This document shows positions 27,324 through 37,302 of a stretch of 64,000 nucleotides of DNA, piece after piece. Made by a program: the position numbers and the translations under genes. A model generated the notes under the pieces. It did no database searches. It was not told where the DNA came from and was given only the letters and a program-made list of their open reading frames with translations. Source of the DNA: Anaerolineae bacterium (GTDB taxonomy: Bacteria > Chloroflexota > Anaerolineae > B4-G1 > DUEL01); contig JBDOIF010000058.1 in NCBI GenBank assembly GCA_041082215.1, forward strand, positions 1,406-65,405, written 5' to 3'. Within the stretch, counting starts at the first letter, position 1. The number at the start of each line of letters is the position of its first letter.

Positions 27324-29161
27324 CAGCTCTGGCCTTGCGTATGCAGTCCGTTATCACCCATCACTCGTGGTACCAGGGCCAGGCGGTCGTGCAGCCGCCG
27401 CTGGCCGCCGGACGGGTGGGCCTGGGGATCCTCAACCCGCAACCGCAGCCAGCTGGCAATGAAGATGAGGCGGTCCTGGTATGGATGGATGGCGAGATTT
27501 ACGATTTCCAGCGCCAGGAGCTTGCCCGTCGGTTGCAGGCCGCCGGTCACCGGCTTGAGGGTAAGGGTGATGCAGAGCTACTGGCTCACTTATATGAGGA
27601 TGAGGGTGAGGATTGTTTGCGTGACCTTGACGGTACGTTCGCCGTGGCGGTTTTCGACAAGCGTCTGAACAAGTTATTGATCGGCGTGGATCGTAGTGCC
27701 TCACGGCAGTTGTACTTCTATACCTGCGACAACCGATTCCTGTTTGCCTCCGAAGTGAAGGCCATCCTGCAGGACCATCGTGTGCCACGCCAGTTGGATG
27801 AGCAGGGGTTGATCGAGTTCTTCACCTTTCGCCATCCCCTTGGCGAGCGTACGCTGATCAGGGATGTACGCTTCCTGCCTGCGGGTTGTCTGGCCGTCTT
27901 CTGCGATGGTCAGGCTCAAGTTAAGCGTTACTGGGAACCGTTTGTTGTCGATGATTTCTCCAGAACGCGAGAGGATTACCTGGCCGGGCTGGAGGCGGGG
28001 TTGCGACTGGCACTGGAGCGACAGTTATACGATGACAGGCCTATTGGCGAAATGTTGAGCGGAGGCCTGGATTCTCGCTTGTTGGCCGGTCTGGTGCCGC
28101 CCCAGCGGATGGAGCATTTTCATACTTTTGGTCGAGGCCCGCTGGAATGCTGGGATGTCAAATTCGGCGCAATGGTTGCCAGGGCGGTGGGCAGCCAGCA
28201 TCATATCTTTGAACTCAAACCAGACTTTCTCCCTCCTCTGGCCAGGCAGGGCGTGTGGTTGACCGACGGACTGATGACCGTGGTGGATATCTATGAATTG
28301 AGTTCCATCGAGCTGGTTAAGTCCTATGTTGATGTTGTTTTCCTGGGTCTTGGCCGGGGGTGTGGCGTTTTGGGCGGCGTAGAATTGAGCAACCGGCTGC
28401 TGGAGGCCCGAAATCTAGACGAAGCAGCACAGGAATTCTTCGCTCGACAGGGGACTTATATTCCCCAGGATGTGCAGGCCCGGTTGCTCTCCGGCCAGCT
28501 CTATCAGGATACGCAGGGCGCAGCCTTTGAGACCTTCCGTCAGATGCTGGAGAGCTGTCGGGCTGACACTCCCGCCGGTCATGTTGAGGTCTTCTGTATC
28601 CAGTGCCGTTGGCCGCGCTCGGCAGGCTATGGCCCTTTCCTGGCCCGCACGCGGGTTGAGACCCGCCACCCCTATCATGACAATGACTTCTCCGATCTGG
28701 TGTGTCGGGTGCCTGCCCGCTGGCGGCTGAAGCGGCAGATGGAAATAGCCCTTCTCAAACGCGCCCGGCCTGACCTGGCCCGGATCCCCTATGACTATAC
28801 CGGCTTGCCGGCCAGCATCAGCACCCCCACCGTCATGTTTATTCAGCGCGGGCTTTACTATATGCGCCGTAGGGCAAGTTATCTGACCCGCGGATGGATC
28901 CCGGCCGGTACAGAGCGAGAGCGGGCTAATTACCCTGTCTGGTTTCGCACCAGCCTGAGGAAGTGGCTGGAAAGTATCCTGCTGGATAAGCGTACTCTGG
29001 ATCGTGGCTACTTGAACGAGGCCTTTCTCAGGCAAATGATCAGCGACCATATGGAGGGTCGGCGGGACTATTCCGTGCAGTTCGGGCTTCTGCTGACCTT
29101 TGAGCTGTGGAACCGCCTGTTCATAGACGGGGAGCCTGTGGTCACCGATGAGCCATTTTGA
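27272..29161 (+). CDS. Asparagine-synthetase (AsnB) family ATP-dependent amidotransferase-like protein in which the nucleophile Cys2 is replaced by Ala.
   Basis: MAGIFGIY at the position of the canonical MCGIxGI. PP-loop SGGLDS present (EMLSGGLDSRLLAGL). 629 aa. Confidence 0.8.
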   Translation: MAGIFGIYDPKTAREHLTALALRMQSVITHHSWYQGQAVVQPPLAAGRVGLGILNPQPQPAGNEDEAVLVWMDGEIYDFQRQELARRLQAAGHRLEGKGDAELLAHLYEDEGEDCLRDLDGTFAVAVFDKRLNKLLIGVDRSASRQLYFYTCDNRFLFASEVKAILQDHRVPRQLDEQGLIEFFTFRHPLGERTLIRDVRFLPAGCLAVFCDGQAQVKRYWEPFVVDDFSRTREDYLAGLEAGLRLALERQLYDDRPIGEMLSGGLDSRLLAGLVPPQRMEHFHTFGRGPLECWDVKFGAMVARAVGSQHHIFELKPDFLPPLARQGVWLTDGLMTVVDIYELSSIELVKSYVDVVFLGLGRGCGVLGGVELSNRLLEARNLDEAAQEFFARQGTYIPQDVQARLLSGQLYQDTQGAAFETFRQMLESCRADTPAGHVEVFCIQCRWPRSAGYGPFLARTRVETRHPYHDNDFSDLVCRVPARWRLKRQMEIALLKRARPDLARIPYDYTGLPASISTPTVMFIQRGLYYMRRRASYLTRGWIPAGTERERANYPVWFRTSLRKWLESILLDKRTLDRGYLNEAFLRQMISDHMEGRRDYSVQFGLLLTFELWNRLFIDGEPVVTDEPF

Positions 29162-31481
29162 TGTCCGGTATCCCGTCTGGCGAGTTCGAGCCGTCCTCGC
29201 CAAAGGCCCGGGACACCTGCTGAGGCTGGGACAGTGGTATGCAAGGAGGGCCGTTCAGCAGGCCCGCAGGTGCTGGCGTCCCTCGGCGGTGGGCGAAAGC
29301 GCGTTTCTGGCCCAGCTTTCCCTGCCCTCCATCGGGCAGACTGAGTGGGACGACGGTCCTGCAATGGTCAGGCAGGCAGCGGTTCAGCATTTCAGAAGGC
29401 GCGCCCGGCCCGTGTTTTTCTTCGACCCGAACGACATCCAGGCCCTGGTCGTCAATGTGAGAGATGTGGATAAAGAAAGAACCATCATTCAGGCCAATGA
29501 GATCTGTGACCTTGTTTTCCGCTTCCGTGGCGAACCGCCTGTCGCGTTCAATGGGCTGGTGGATTGGTTCTACTGCCCACGGGGGAACCGCGACTGGACA
29601 TGGGAGTTGAATCGCCATAGCTACTTTGTGACCCTGGGGCGGGCCTATGCCTATACCGGGGACGAACGTTACGTCCGCACGTTTCGCGATCTGTTGCTCG
29701 ATTGGCTCAAGCACAATCCGGTGGGGCTCGATCAGCCCAATTGGGCCAGCGTGCTCGAGGTTGCTTACCGCATCAATGCCTGGATTTGGGCCTACCATCA
29801 CTTCCTGACAGCCACTGGCCTCGACGACGATGCCCTGCTTGCCTGTCTTCGTGGCCTGTGGATTCACGGCCGTTATCTGGCGACCAACCTGGAGTATCAC
29901 GTGCCCAACAATCACCTGCTGCTGGAAAGCAAGGCATTAGCGATGTGTGGCCTGTTGTTCCCCGAGTTCAGGGACGCAGAAAGGTGGCTCGAACAAGGGC
30001 TTTCGATCCTGTGGCGGCAACTCCGCCAGCAGGTCAGTCCAGATGGCGTGCACAGAGAACAGGCGACGATGTATCACCGGATGATCGCCAGCGAGTTGCT
30101 TGAGATGCTCGTGCTATTAGAGAACAACAGCATCGCCGTGCCCCCAGACATAATGGGCATTTTCAGGCGATTGCTCGATTTTGAGCGTGCCTTTACAGCG
30201 CCCGATGGCCAGGTCCCTTTGATTGGCGACTCGACCCTCAGCGATAGCTATATCCGCTTCTCCGCCCTGGCTGGCGGCGCGGCTTTCCTGGGTTATACCG
30301 ATGGGGCATCCGCCACCGTTGACGAGGCAACTCTGTGGCTCCTGGGTCCGGAGCGGGCTTTGCGATCACCCCTCTCTGGTGAAGTTTTGGCCCCTCCGGC
30401 CTCGCAGGCTTTCCCTGAAGGCGGCTATTTCATTATGCGGGATAGCGATGGCCGGGGAGCTCCTTTTCTGATCTTCGACTGCGGGCCTTTCGGCTATCGG
30501 CCAGCACCGGGCCACAGCCACGCGGATGCCCTGAGCTTTGAGCTGCATGCCTGCGGGCGGCCGCTGGTCGTGGATCCGGGAGTATATAGCTACCACCTGG
30601 GGGGGCAGTGGCGCAACTACTTTCGGAGCACCCCTGCTCACAATACGGTCGCTGTGGACGGAGAGGACCAGTCGTTGTTGCTGGGTATGTGGCATGTCCT
30701 CCGACCAGCCCGGGCCACACTCCACGAGTGGGTTACCACCCAGCAATTTGACTTTGTGGACGGTTCCCACGACGGATATGCGCGCCTTCGTCAACCCATC
30801 ATTCATCGGCGACAGATCTTCTTCGCCAAACCTGAATACTGGGTTATCCTCGACCTCCTCACCGGGCAGGGCCAGCACCGGTTTGACCTTTACTTCCATC
30901 TGATGCCCGATGCCCGGGTCGCCCTGGATCCGCTTTCGGGCGCAGCTCACATCAGTTATGGCGATGGAGCGGGCCTTCTGATTTATCCGGCCACCTGCGC
31001 CGATTCCCAGGTCGAGGTTATCACCGGCAGCCTCGACCCGATCCAGGGCTGGGTTTCCCGACTTTCAGGGGAAAAGACTCCCGCGCCAACCCTGCGATAC
31101 AGGAAAGTCACAGATGCCCCGATCATGTTCGTCACCGTTCTTTATCCCTCTGCCCGGATAGGCCGGGCCGCTGTCAATGTGTCGCCCTTGGTTGTGACCG
31201 ACGGGGAGGACGTCTTCGACGAGGTGGCGGTAACCGGGCTAAGGGTCGAAGTGGACCCATATGTGGACTATCTGGTGGTGGACCGTCGTAAGCGGCCGGG
31301 TCATAAGACCTTCGAGGATTACACCACCGACGGAGGGCTTGTTTACCTGCGACGGCGTGTCTCAGAGGGTACGCCGATCAAGGCCATCGTGCACCGGGGC
31401 AGCGAGCTCAGGCTGAACAACGAGCCCCTGATCATGCACACCGAAGGGCGCGTGTTCTGTGGGGCGAATACTGAAGGTTAG
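29148..31481 (+). CDS. Heparinase II/III-family protein (alginate-lyase-like alpha/alpha toroid plus beta-sandwich).
   Basis: NWASVLEVAYRINAWIWAYHH region and PAPGHSHADALSFELHACGRPLVVDPGVYSY (Hepar_II_III-type motif); 777 aa. Confidence 0.7.
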   Translation: MSHFDVRYPVWRVRAVLAKGPGHLLRLGQWYARRAVQQARRCWRPSAVGESAFLAQLSLPSIGQTEWDDGPAMVRQAAVQHFRRRARPVFFFDPNDIQALVVNVRDVDKERTIIQANEICDLVFRFRGEPPVAFNGLVDWFYCPRGNRDWTWELNRHSYFVTLGRAYAYTGDERYVRTFRDLLLDWLKHNPVGLDQPNWASVLEVAYRINAWIWAYHHFLTATGLDDDALLACLRGLWIHGRYLATNLEYHVPNNHLLLESKALAMCGLLFPEFRDAERWLEQGLSILWRQLRQQVSPDGVHREQATMYHRMIASELLEMLVLLENNSIAVPPDIMGIFRRLLDFERAFTAPDGQVPLIGDSTLSDSYIRFSALAGGAAFLGYTDGASATVDEATLWLLGPERALRSPLSGEVLAPPASQAFPEGGYFIMRDSDGRGAPFLIFDCGPFGYRPAPGHSHADALSFELHACGRPLVVDPGVYSYHLGGQWRNYFRSTPAHNTVAVDGEDQSLLLGMWHVLRPARATLHEWVTTQQFDFVDGSHDGYARLRQPIIHRRQIFFAKPEYWVILDLLTGQGQHRFDLYFHLMPDARVALDPLSGAAHISYGDGAGLLIYPATCADSQVEVITGSLDPIQGWVSRLSGEKTPAPTLRYRKVTDAPIMFVTVLYPSARIGRAAVNVSPLVVTDGEDVFDEVAVTGLRVEVDPYVDYLVVDRRKRPGHKTFEDYTTDGGLVYLRRRVSEGTPIKAIVHRGSELRLNNEPLIMHTEGRVFCGANTEG

Positions 31482-31487
31482 GAGGCG

Positions 31488-32720
31488 GTGACGATGCCCG
31501 TTGTCGCTTATGTCTCGCAACAGTTTCCCTGCCTGACGATGACCTTCATCTACCGCGAGGTTCTGGCCCTCCGCCGTCAGGGTCTGACCATCCGCCCGAT
31601 CTCGACCTGGCGTCCTCCGGCGGGCGTGATGTCCAAGGAGGCAGAAGGGCTCATCGGTGAGACCTTCTACATCTTCCCGTTGCCCTGGCTAAGGCTGCTG
31701 GGCAACCATCTGCGCTATTTGCTCACGCGGCCGAAGCGCTATCTGGGGACGTTGGGGCAACTTGTGCTCTTTAACCGCGAACCGCTCAGGCACCGATTGC
31801 GCCTGCTGGCCCATTTTGTCTATGCCGTCCGGGCCGCTGCCGAGGTAGAGCGCTGCCAGGCTCAGCATATTCATGCCGACTTTGCGCTGAACGCCGCCAC
31901 GGTCGCTATGGTGGCGTCGCGGCTTACAGGCAGGCCTTTCAGCTTTACCGCCCACGCTGCCGATATCTTTGTTGACCCCATCCTGCTCCGGGAAAAGATC
32001 GCCGCCGCCTCCTTCGTCGTAGCGATCTCAGAGTATAACAGACGATACCTGATCAGTATAGCGGGTGATAACGGAGTAGCCGACAAGATTCATATCGTTC
32101 ACTACGGACTGGATATCGGTCAATTCACTCCCGATCCGGAACGGAAACCCAATGCCATTCCGGTGCTTCTGACCATCGGGCGGCTGGTTGAGAAGAAAGG
32201 TCTCCCGTATCTCGTGAAAGCCTGTCGCATCCTCGTCGAACAGGGTTACGAGTTTGAGAGCCTTGTTATTGGGCAGGGGCCTGAAGAAAAGATGCTACGC
32301 CAACTTGTCCAGGAATATGGCCTGGACGATCGGGTTCATTTGCTCGGGGCGATGCCTCAGGAACGGGTGCGGGAATTGCTCCGGCAAGCGGACATTTTTG
32401 TCCTTCCGTGCGTGGTGGCCAGCGACGGCGATCGGGACGGCATCCCCGTGGTCCTGATCGAGGCGATGGCTATGGGGTTGCCTGTGATCTCGACCTCTCT
32501 TTCTGGTATCCCGGAACTGATCGAAAACGGGGTAAGCGGCTGGGTGGTCTCCCCGCAGGACGAGGAGGAGCTGGCCAGAGCAGTGGCTATACTGTTACGA
32601 GATCCCCAGCAGCGAGCAAAGATGGGCGCTGCTGGGCGACGTAAGGTCCTGGAGGAATTCAACATAGAGCGGAGTGCAGCCCAACTGCGTGCTCTGTTTG
32701 GTGGATTGGCGACCGGATAA
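31488..32720 (+). CDS. Glycosyltransferase family 1 (GT4).
   Basis: KGLPYLVKAC...; GIPVVLIEAMAMGLPVISTSLSGIPELIENGVSGWVV. Confidence 0.85.
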   Translation: MTMPVVAYVSQQFPCLTMTFIYREVLALRRQGLTIRPISTWRPPAGVMSKEAEGLIGETFYIFPLPWLRLLGNHLRYLLTRPKRYLGTLGQLVLFNREPLRHRLRLLAHFVYAVRAAAEVERCQAQHIHADFALNAATVAMVASRLTGRPFSFTAHAADIFVDPILLREKIAAASFVVAISEYNRRYLISIAGDNGVADKIHIVHYGLDIGQFTPDPERKPNAIPVLLTIGRLVEKKGLPYLVKACRILVEQGYEFESLVIGQGPEEKMLRQLVQEYGLDDRVHLLGAMPQERVRELLRQADIFVLPCVVASDGDRDGIPVVLIEAMAMGLPVISTSLSGIPELIENGVSGWVVSPQDEEELARAVAILLRDPQQRAKMGAAGRRKVLEEFNIERSAAQLRALFGGLATG

Positions 32721-32734
32721 GAGGATGGGGTGGA

Positions 32735-33817
32735 ATGCTTTTCAAGAGATGGTTCTGGGTGGGGAAGGCGGTTGCGCAGGATGAGCTTGTCCGATGGGCA
32801 ATTTGCACGATGCTTGCCGGTTTTCTTCTACTGTTGTTATTTGCTTTTCAGGGCACGGGTGCGGAATCGCCTGTTCCTGGCGGACCGGGAAGTCTGAGCA
32901 CCGATGGTTCACCGACTCCCCTCGGCGATTACAGGATGTTCCTGCCGCTTGTCATGCGCAGTGAAACCTGGCGGCCTTTCTCCGACGATAGCCCCTGGAA
33001 TATCCCCATCCCTGCCAATCCGAAAATAGATCCCAATTCCAGTGCAATGATCGCCCATCTCCAGCAATCGTCGAGCCCAGTATTCTGGATCAACATCTAC
33101 ACCTATACCGTGCCGGTCTGGATGGCCGATAGTTCGACTCCTGAATACAAGGTGACCTGCACACAGGGGTACTGCGGCCCCGACTTTGACCACGTCCCTA
33201 TACCCGACGGGGCCGTTCCTGACCCGGGCAACGATGCCCACATGCTCATTCTTGATCTGGGGAGGCATACATCGTGGGACTTGTGGCTGGCGCAACGATC
33301 CCCGAACGGCTCCTGGACGGCCGGGTTCGGCACGACGTTTGACCTGAACGGAGATGGCGTAAAGCCCTACGGTCAGGGAAGCGCGCGCGGCTCGGGTTTT
33401 CCCTTGGCAGCAGGGTTGATTTATGCAGATGAGGTCAGGGCAGGACACATCCGCCATGCGCTGGTTATGGGTTATGACTGGCCCCGCAACTGTCTGGTGT
33501 ATCCGGCCAGCACCAACTGCGGCCTGAGCACCGATCCGAATGCCATCCCAATCGGCGCTCGCCTGCAGTTGGACCCGTCATTGAACCTGGATTCGCTGGG
33601 TTTGAGTCCGGGGGCCAGAGTTGTGGCCCGGGCTATGCAGGAGTACGGCCTGTACATTGGCGACAACACCTATGGCCTGAGCCTCTATGCTGAATCTTTC
33701 TATGGCAAGCCCGTGGACGGATGGGCAGGGCTTCTGAGAGAAAACGATCTGGTCGGAATCCCAATTGACAGACTGCGCGTACTCGAATTGGGGGAGCTGA
33801 GATGTGACCCCCATTAG
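32735..33817 (+). CDS. Secreted or membrane-anchored protein of unknown function.
   Basis: N-terminal hydrophobic anchor (WAICTMLAGFLLLLLFAF) followed by a Pro/Gly/Ser linker; no recognisable catalytic motifs. Confidence 0.4.
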   Translation: MLFKRWFWVGKAVAQDELVRWAICTMLAGFLLLLLFAFQGTGAESPVPGGPGSLSTDGSPTPLGDYRMFLPLVMRSETWRPFSDDSPWNIPIPANPKIDPNSSAMIAHLQQSSSPVFWINIYTYTVPVWMADSSTPEYKVTCTQGYCGPDFDHVPIPDGAVPDPGNDAHMLILDLGRHTSWDLWLAQRSPNGSWTAGFGTTFDLNGDGVKPYGQGSARGSGFPLAAGLIYADEVRAGHIRHALVMGYDWPRNCLVYPASTNCGLSTDPNAIPIGARLQLDPSLNLDSLGLSPGARVVARAMQEYGLYIGDNTYGLSLYAESFYGKPVDGWAGLLRENDLVGIPIDRLRVLELGELRCDPH

Positions 33818-36224
33818 ACATGGCACAATGGAGCGTTTCATCTTCCCGGTGTGGTTGTCCATCGCCGTTATGACCCTCCTGGTCGGTTTACTGCCAGCAT
33901 GCAGGGTGACGAAGCCGTCCGCCGGGCCGATCACCGCGCCTCGCCAGTCGCCCCCCATGGGGTTGCCAGATAGCCATCCGGCTGCTACTGCCGGCTCTCT
34001 GGATTTGTGGACCCGCCACACGCTTGGTGGCGGTGGCGGACAGACCGGCATCGCTATTGACCCGATGAATACCGATGTCATATATGTGACCACCGATAAC
34101 GGCGGGATCGTCAAGTCAACCGACGGCGGGGAAACCTGGTTCTCGATCAACAACAACATTGGCAATCGCCTGCTCGCGGATGTGGAACTCGATCCCCTTA
34201 ACCCTGAGGTCGTTTACGTGACGGCACAGGTCTATGCCCGAAGCCCGGATTGGAGCGACGACCCCACAAATGGAGAATTATACCGCTCCAGGGACGGCGG
34301 ACGGAACTGGGAGGTGGTGTATGCCGAGGGCATGGGGGCGGGAGATGGGAGAAGTTTTGGGATTGTGCAGTGGCCGAGCACAAGGAGCATCCTGATCCCC
34401 TGCGATCCGGCCGATCCAAACCGCTACGATGCCGACGGCGACCGTCTCACAGATGTCATTTTCATTGGAGGATGGGATGCAGATGAGGCAGCCGCTGACA
34501 AGCGGGCGGGCATCTGGAAAAGCACCGATGAGGGGGTTACCTTCACCCAGATGGCTTTGAACGATAAGAATATCTGGGTGTTGCGTCAGGACCCCGATGA
34601 TCTGGAAACCCTGTATGCCGGGACATACGGGGACGGCCTGTTTGTCAGCCGGGATGGGGGAGCGACCTGGGAGGACTGGAGCGATCGGATTCCGGTGCCT
34701 GTGATCAGCGACATCGCGATTGTGCCCGGCAGCGACGTCCTGTACGTCGCCACGAACGGATTCTTCACCCCTTATGGCGATGATGAATACCACAACGAGC
34801 GGGGAATCTTTAAAAGCATAGATGGAGGGGCAACCTTTTTCCCCGTTAACTCGGGGTTGGAAAAAACCAGCCTGAACTTCGAGGTACTGCTCCTGGATCG
34901 GACCGACCCCTCCGGCCAGACGCTCTACACCGGCCCCTGGGGGGGAGAGAGGCAGGGTATTTATAGAACCACCAATGGGGGAGATCGCTGGGTGCGGATG
35001 GAACACGAGGTCAGAGACCACCCTCACTGGTTTTCCCGTTTCGACAATCTATGGACGCTTGAACAGGCTGGTGATGGGACGATATTTGCAGGAACCTGGC
35101 GGGGGATCTATCGCTATAGCCCAGCGAGCCGTCGCTGGGAGATTAAAGTGGATGGATTGGGCAATGTGAGCGTCCGGAGCATCGCCTTCGAACCGGGCAA
35201 CCGTTCGACCATCTATCTCGGCATCCTGGACAGTACTCCCTGGAAGAGCACCGATGGAGGGTTGACGTGGACGAACATCGGCAGGGGGTTTACCACAGCG
35301 GATGGAAAACAGCCGGCCGCCGCTTCTGACTTTGCAATCCCCGAAGTGGAACCTCAGACGATATACGCGACAGGCGTTGGGGCCAGCGGCCGTTTTCTGA
35401 GCGCCGTCAACAGGTCGGAGGACAGAGGCGCTCACTGGCATCGGATCATCCGTGGCCTGCCGCCGACCACGGCTGAAGACCCCCAGTGGCAGGCAAGCGC
35501 GATCGTTGTCCATCCTCACCACCCTGAGGTGGCCTACGTCGCTTTACGGATGAAGTCCGGGGGCGGGCGTATCTACAAGACGACCAGCGGTGGGGAGCAA
35601 TGGGACGAGGTGTATGCATTTCCTGAGAACCCTACGGATCTGGCCATTTCCGCAACCGACCCGGAGACGGTTGTATGCGCGACGGAGCGGGGGATCGTCT
35701 ATGTGGGCAGAGGGGGCGGCAGCCAGTGGCAGTCGTACGATCTGGGGTTGGGATTGCTCTATGCGGTTGATGTATTTCCCACCGATCCGGACAGAATTCT
35801 GATCGGCGCCAATATCGCCGGCGCTTTTTTGACAACCGACGGCGGTGAGTCCTGGCGCCATATCTTTGATGCCGACGATCTCCAGCCCTTCATCGGCGAT
35901 CTGGCTTTGAGCGATTTTGCGCATGATCGGTACTGGCCGACGATCAGAGCCGTGCGGTTCGATCCCCTTGATCCCAACGTGCTCTACATCGGGCACAACC
36001 CGGGCATCTGGATGGGGGTCGGCGTGCTGAGATCCCTCGACGGAGGGGAGAGCTGGGAGTCACTGGCGGATGGGAAGTTTCAGATGCGCTCTGTCTATGG
36101 TTTTGACCTCGACCCTGAGAGCCGTGATCTGGTCGTGGGGACGTGGGAGATATACTACTATCACGCAGGTCATGCCCACATCTACAGGCAATACCTGCCT
36201 GCCATTCTTGTCCCTGGGAGGTGA
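33804..36224 (+). CDS. Lipoprotein containing multiple BNR/Asp-box repeats (beta-propeller; sialidase / GH74 / Ycf48-like).
   Basis: Lipobox LLPAC. Repeated S-x-D-G-G-x-T-W motifs: STDGGETWF, SRDGGRNWE, SRDGGATWE, SIDGGATFF, STDGGLTWT, SLDGGESWE. 806 aa. Confidence 0.75.
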   Translation: MTPIRHGTMERFIFPVWLSIAVMTLLVGLLPACRVTKPSAGPITAPRQSPPMGLPDSHPAATAGSLDLWTRHTLGGGGGQTGIAIDPMNTDVIYVTTDNGGIVKSTDGGETWFSINNNIGNRLLADVELDPLNPEVVYVTAQVYARSPDWSDDPTNGELYRSRDGGRNWEVVYAEGMGAGDGRSFGIVQWPSTRSILIPCDPADPNRYDADGDRLTDVIFIGGWDADEAAADKRAGIWKSTDEGVTFTQMALNDKNIWVLRQDPDDLETLYAGTYGDGLFVSRDGGATWEDWSDRIPVPVISDIAIVPGSDVLYVATNGFFTPYGDDEYHNERGIFKSIDGGATFFPVNSGLEKTSLNFEVLLLDRTDPSGQTLYTGPWGGERQGIYRTTNGGDRWVRMEHEVRDHPHWFSRFDNLWTLEQAGDGTIFAGTWRGIYRYSPASRRWEIKVDGLGNVSVRSIAFEPGNRSTIYLGILDSTPWKSTDGGLTWTNIGRGFTTADGKQPAAASDFAIPEVEPQTIYATGVGASGRFLSAVNRSEDRGAHWHRIIRGLPPTTAEDPQWQASAIVVHPHHPEVAYVALRMKSGGGRIYKTTSGGEQWDEVYAFPENPTDLAISATDPETVVCATERGIVYVGRGGGSQWQSYDLGLGLLYAVDVFPTDPDRILIGANIAGAFLTTDGGESWRHIFDADDLQPFIGDLALSDFAHDRYWPTIRAVRFDPLDPNVLYIGHNPGIWMGVGVLRSLDGGESWESLADGKFQMRSVYGFDLDPESRDLVVGTWEIYYYHAGHAHIYRQYLPAILVPGR

Positions 36225-36225
36225 G

Positions 36226-37302
36226 ATGGAAGCGGTTAAGGAGGGGAAGTGTTCGGAGATCGAGAGGCGTGCCGCTGTGCGCATTCCGCCTGCTCTGTTT
36301 CTGGCCTGGGCGCCCCCCAGCCACACCCGGCGCAGCGAGTTGATGGCCCGCAGGCTGGGCATCCCTCTGCGACGGGTCCATGTCCTGAAACTGAAGCCTT
36401 ACCTGGCGCCACTGCGCTACAGCATCCAGGCCGTTCTGACCCTGATCATCCTGTTTCGCGAACGCCCGAAAGTGGTGTTTGTCCAAAACCCTCCCATCTT
36501 TGCGCCTCTGTTTGCCTGGATGTACTGTGCCCTCACAGGGTCTGGCCTGATCATTGACTCCCACACAGATGCGCTACAAAGCCGAATCTGGCGATGGTCT
36601 CTCCCGATCCACCGCTTTCTCTCCCGTCGTGCTGTGGTAACGATTGTGACCAACGAACACTTGAGTCAGATTATTTCCGGTTGGGGGGCCAGGAGCCAGA
36701 TCGTTGTGGACATTCCCAGTGATCTCCCTTCAGGAACGCCCTATCCGGTGCAGCATCCATTTAACATAGCTATGGTGAGTTCGTTCGCTCCTGACGAACC
36801 GCTGGATGAGGTGGTGGAGGTAGCAAGGAGTCTGCCCGATGTGGGCTTCTACGTCACCGGCGATCCGGTGCAGGGCTTCAAGCGCCTGCCAGCCGATCCG
36901 CCCCCCAACCTGCACCTGACCGGGTTCCTGCCCGACGATAAATACTACGGCCTGTTGCGCTCGGTACAGGCGGTCATGGCCCTGACGACGGAAGATCACA
37001 CCATGCAGCGCGGCGCCTGCGAAGCGGTCTGGTTGGGTCAGCCTGTCATTACTTCCAACTGGCCCCTGTTGCGTCAGACCTTCCACAAAGGCACGGTCCA
37101 TGTGGATAACACCGCTGAGGGTATCCGGACTGGCGTGTTGGACATGCGCGCCCAATACCAGCGACTGGCTGAAGAAGTGGCATTGCTCCAGGAAGAGCGC
37201 CGGCGTCAGTGGGGGGAGATCGAAGATTGGCTAGAAAGGCTGGTCTCTGGGGCTTTTGAACATCCGGCTCCGAAGTGGAAGCATGGGGATAGCATATCTT
37301 GA
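36226..37302 (+). CDS. GT-B fold glycosyltransferase (GT4-like, divergent).
   Basis: C-terminal GACEAVWLGQPVITSNWPLL resembles the GT1 donor-binding region. Confidence 0.5.
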   Translation: MEAVKEGKCSEIERRAAVRIPPALFLAWAPPSHTRRSELMARRLGIPLRRVHVLKLKPYLAPLRYSIQAVLTLIILFRERPKVVFVQNPPIFAPLFAWMYCALTGSGLIIDSHTDALQSRIWRWSLPIHRFLSRRAVVTIVTNEHLSQIISGWGARSQIVVDIPSDLPSGTPYPVQHPFNIAMVSSFAPDEPLDEVVEVARSLPDVGFYVTGDPVQGFKRLPADPPPNLHLTGFLPDDKYYGLLRSVQAVMALTTEDHTMQRGACEAVWLGQPVITSNWPLLRQTFHKGTVHVDNTAEGIRTGVLDMRAQYQRLAEEVALLQEERRRQWGEIEDWLERLVSGAFEHPAPKWKHGDSIS

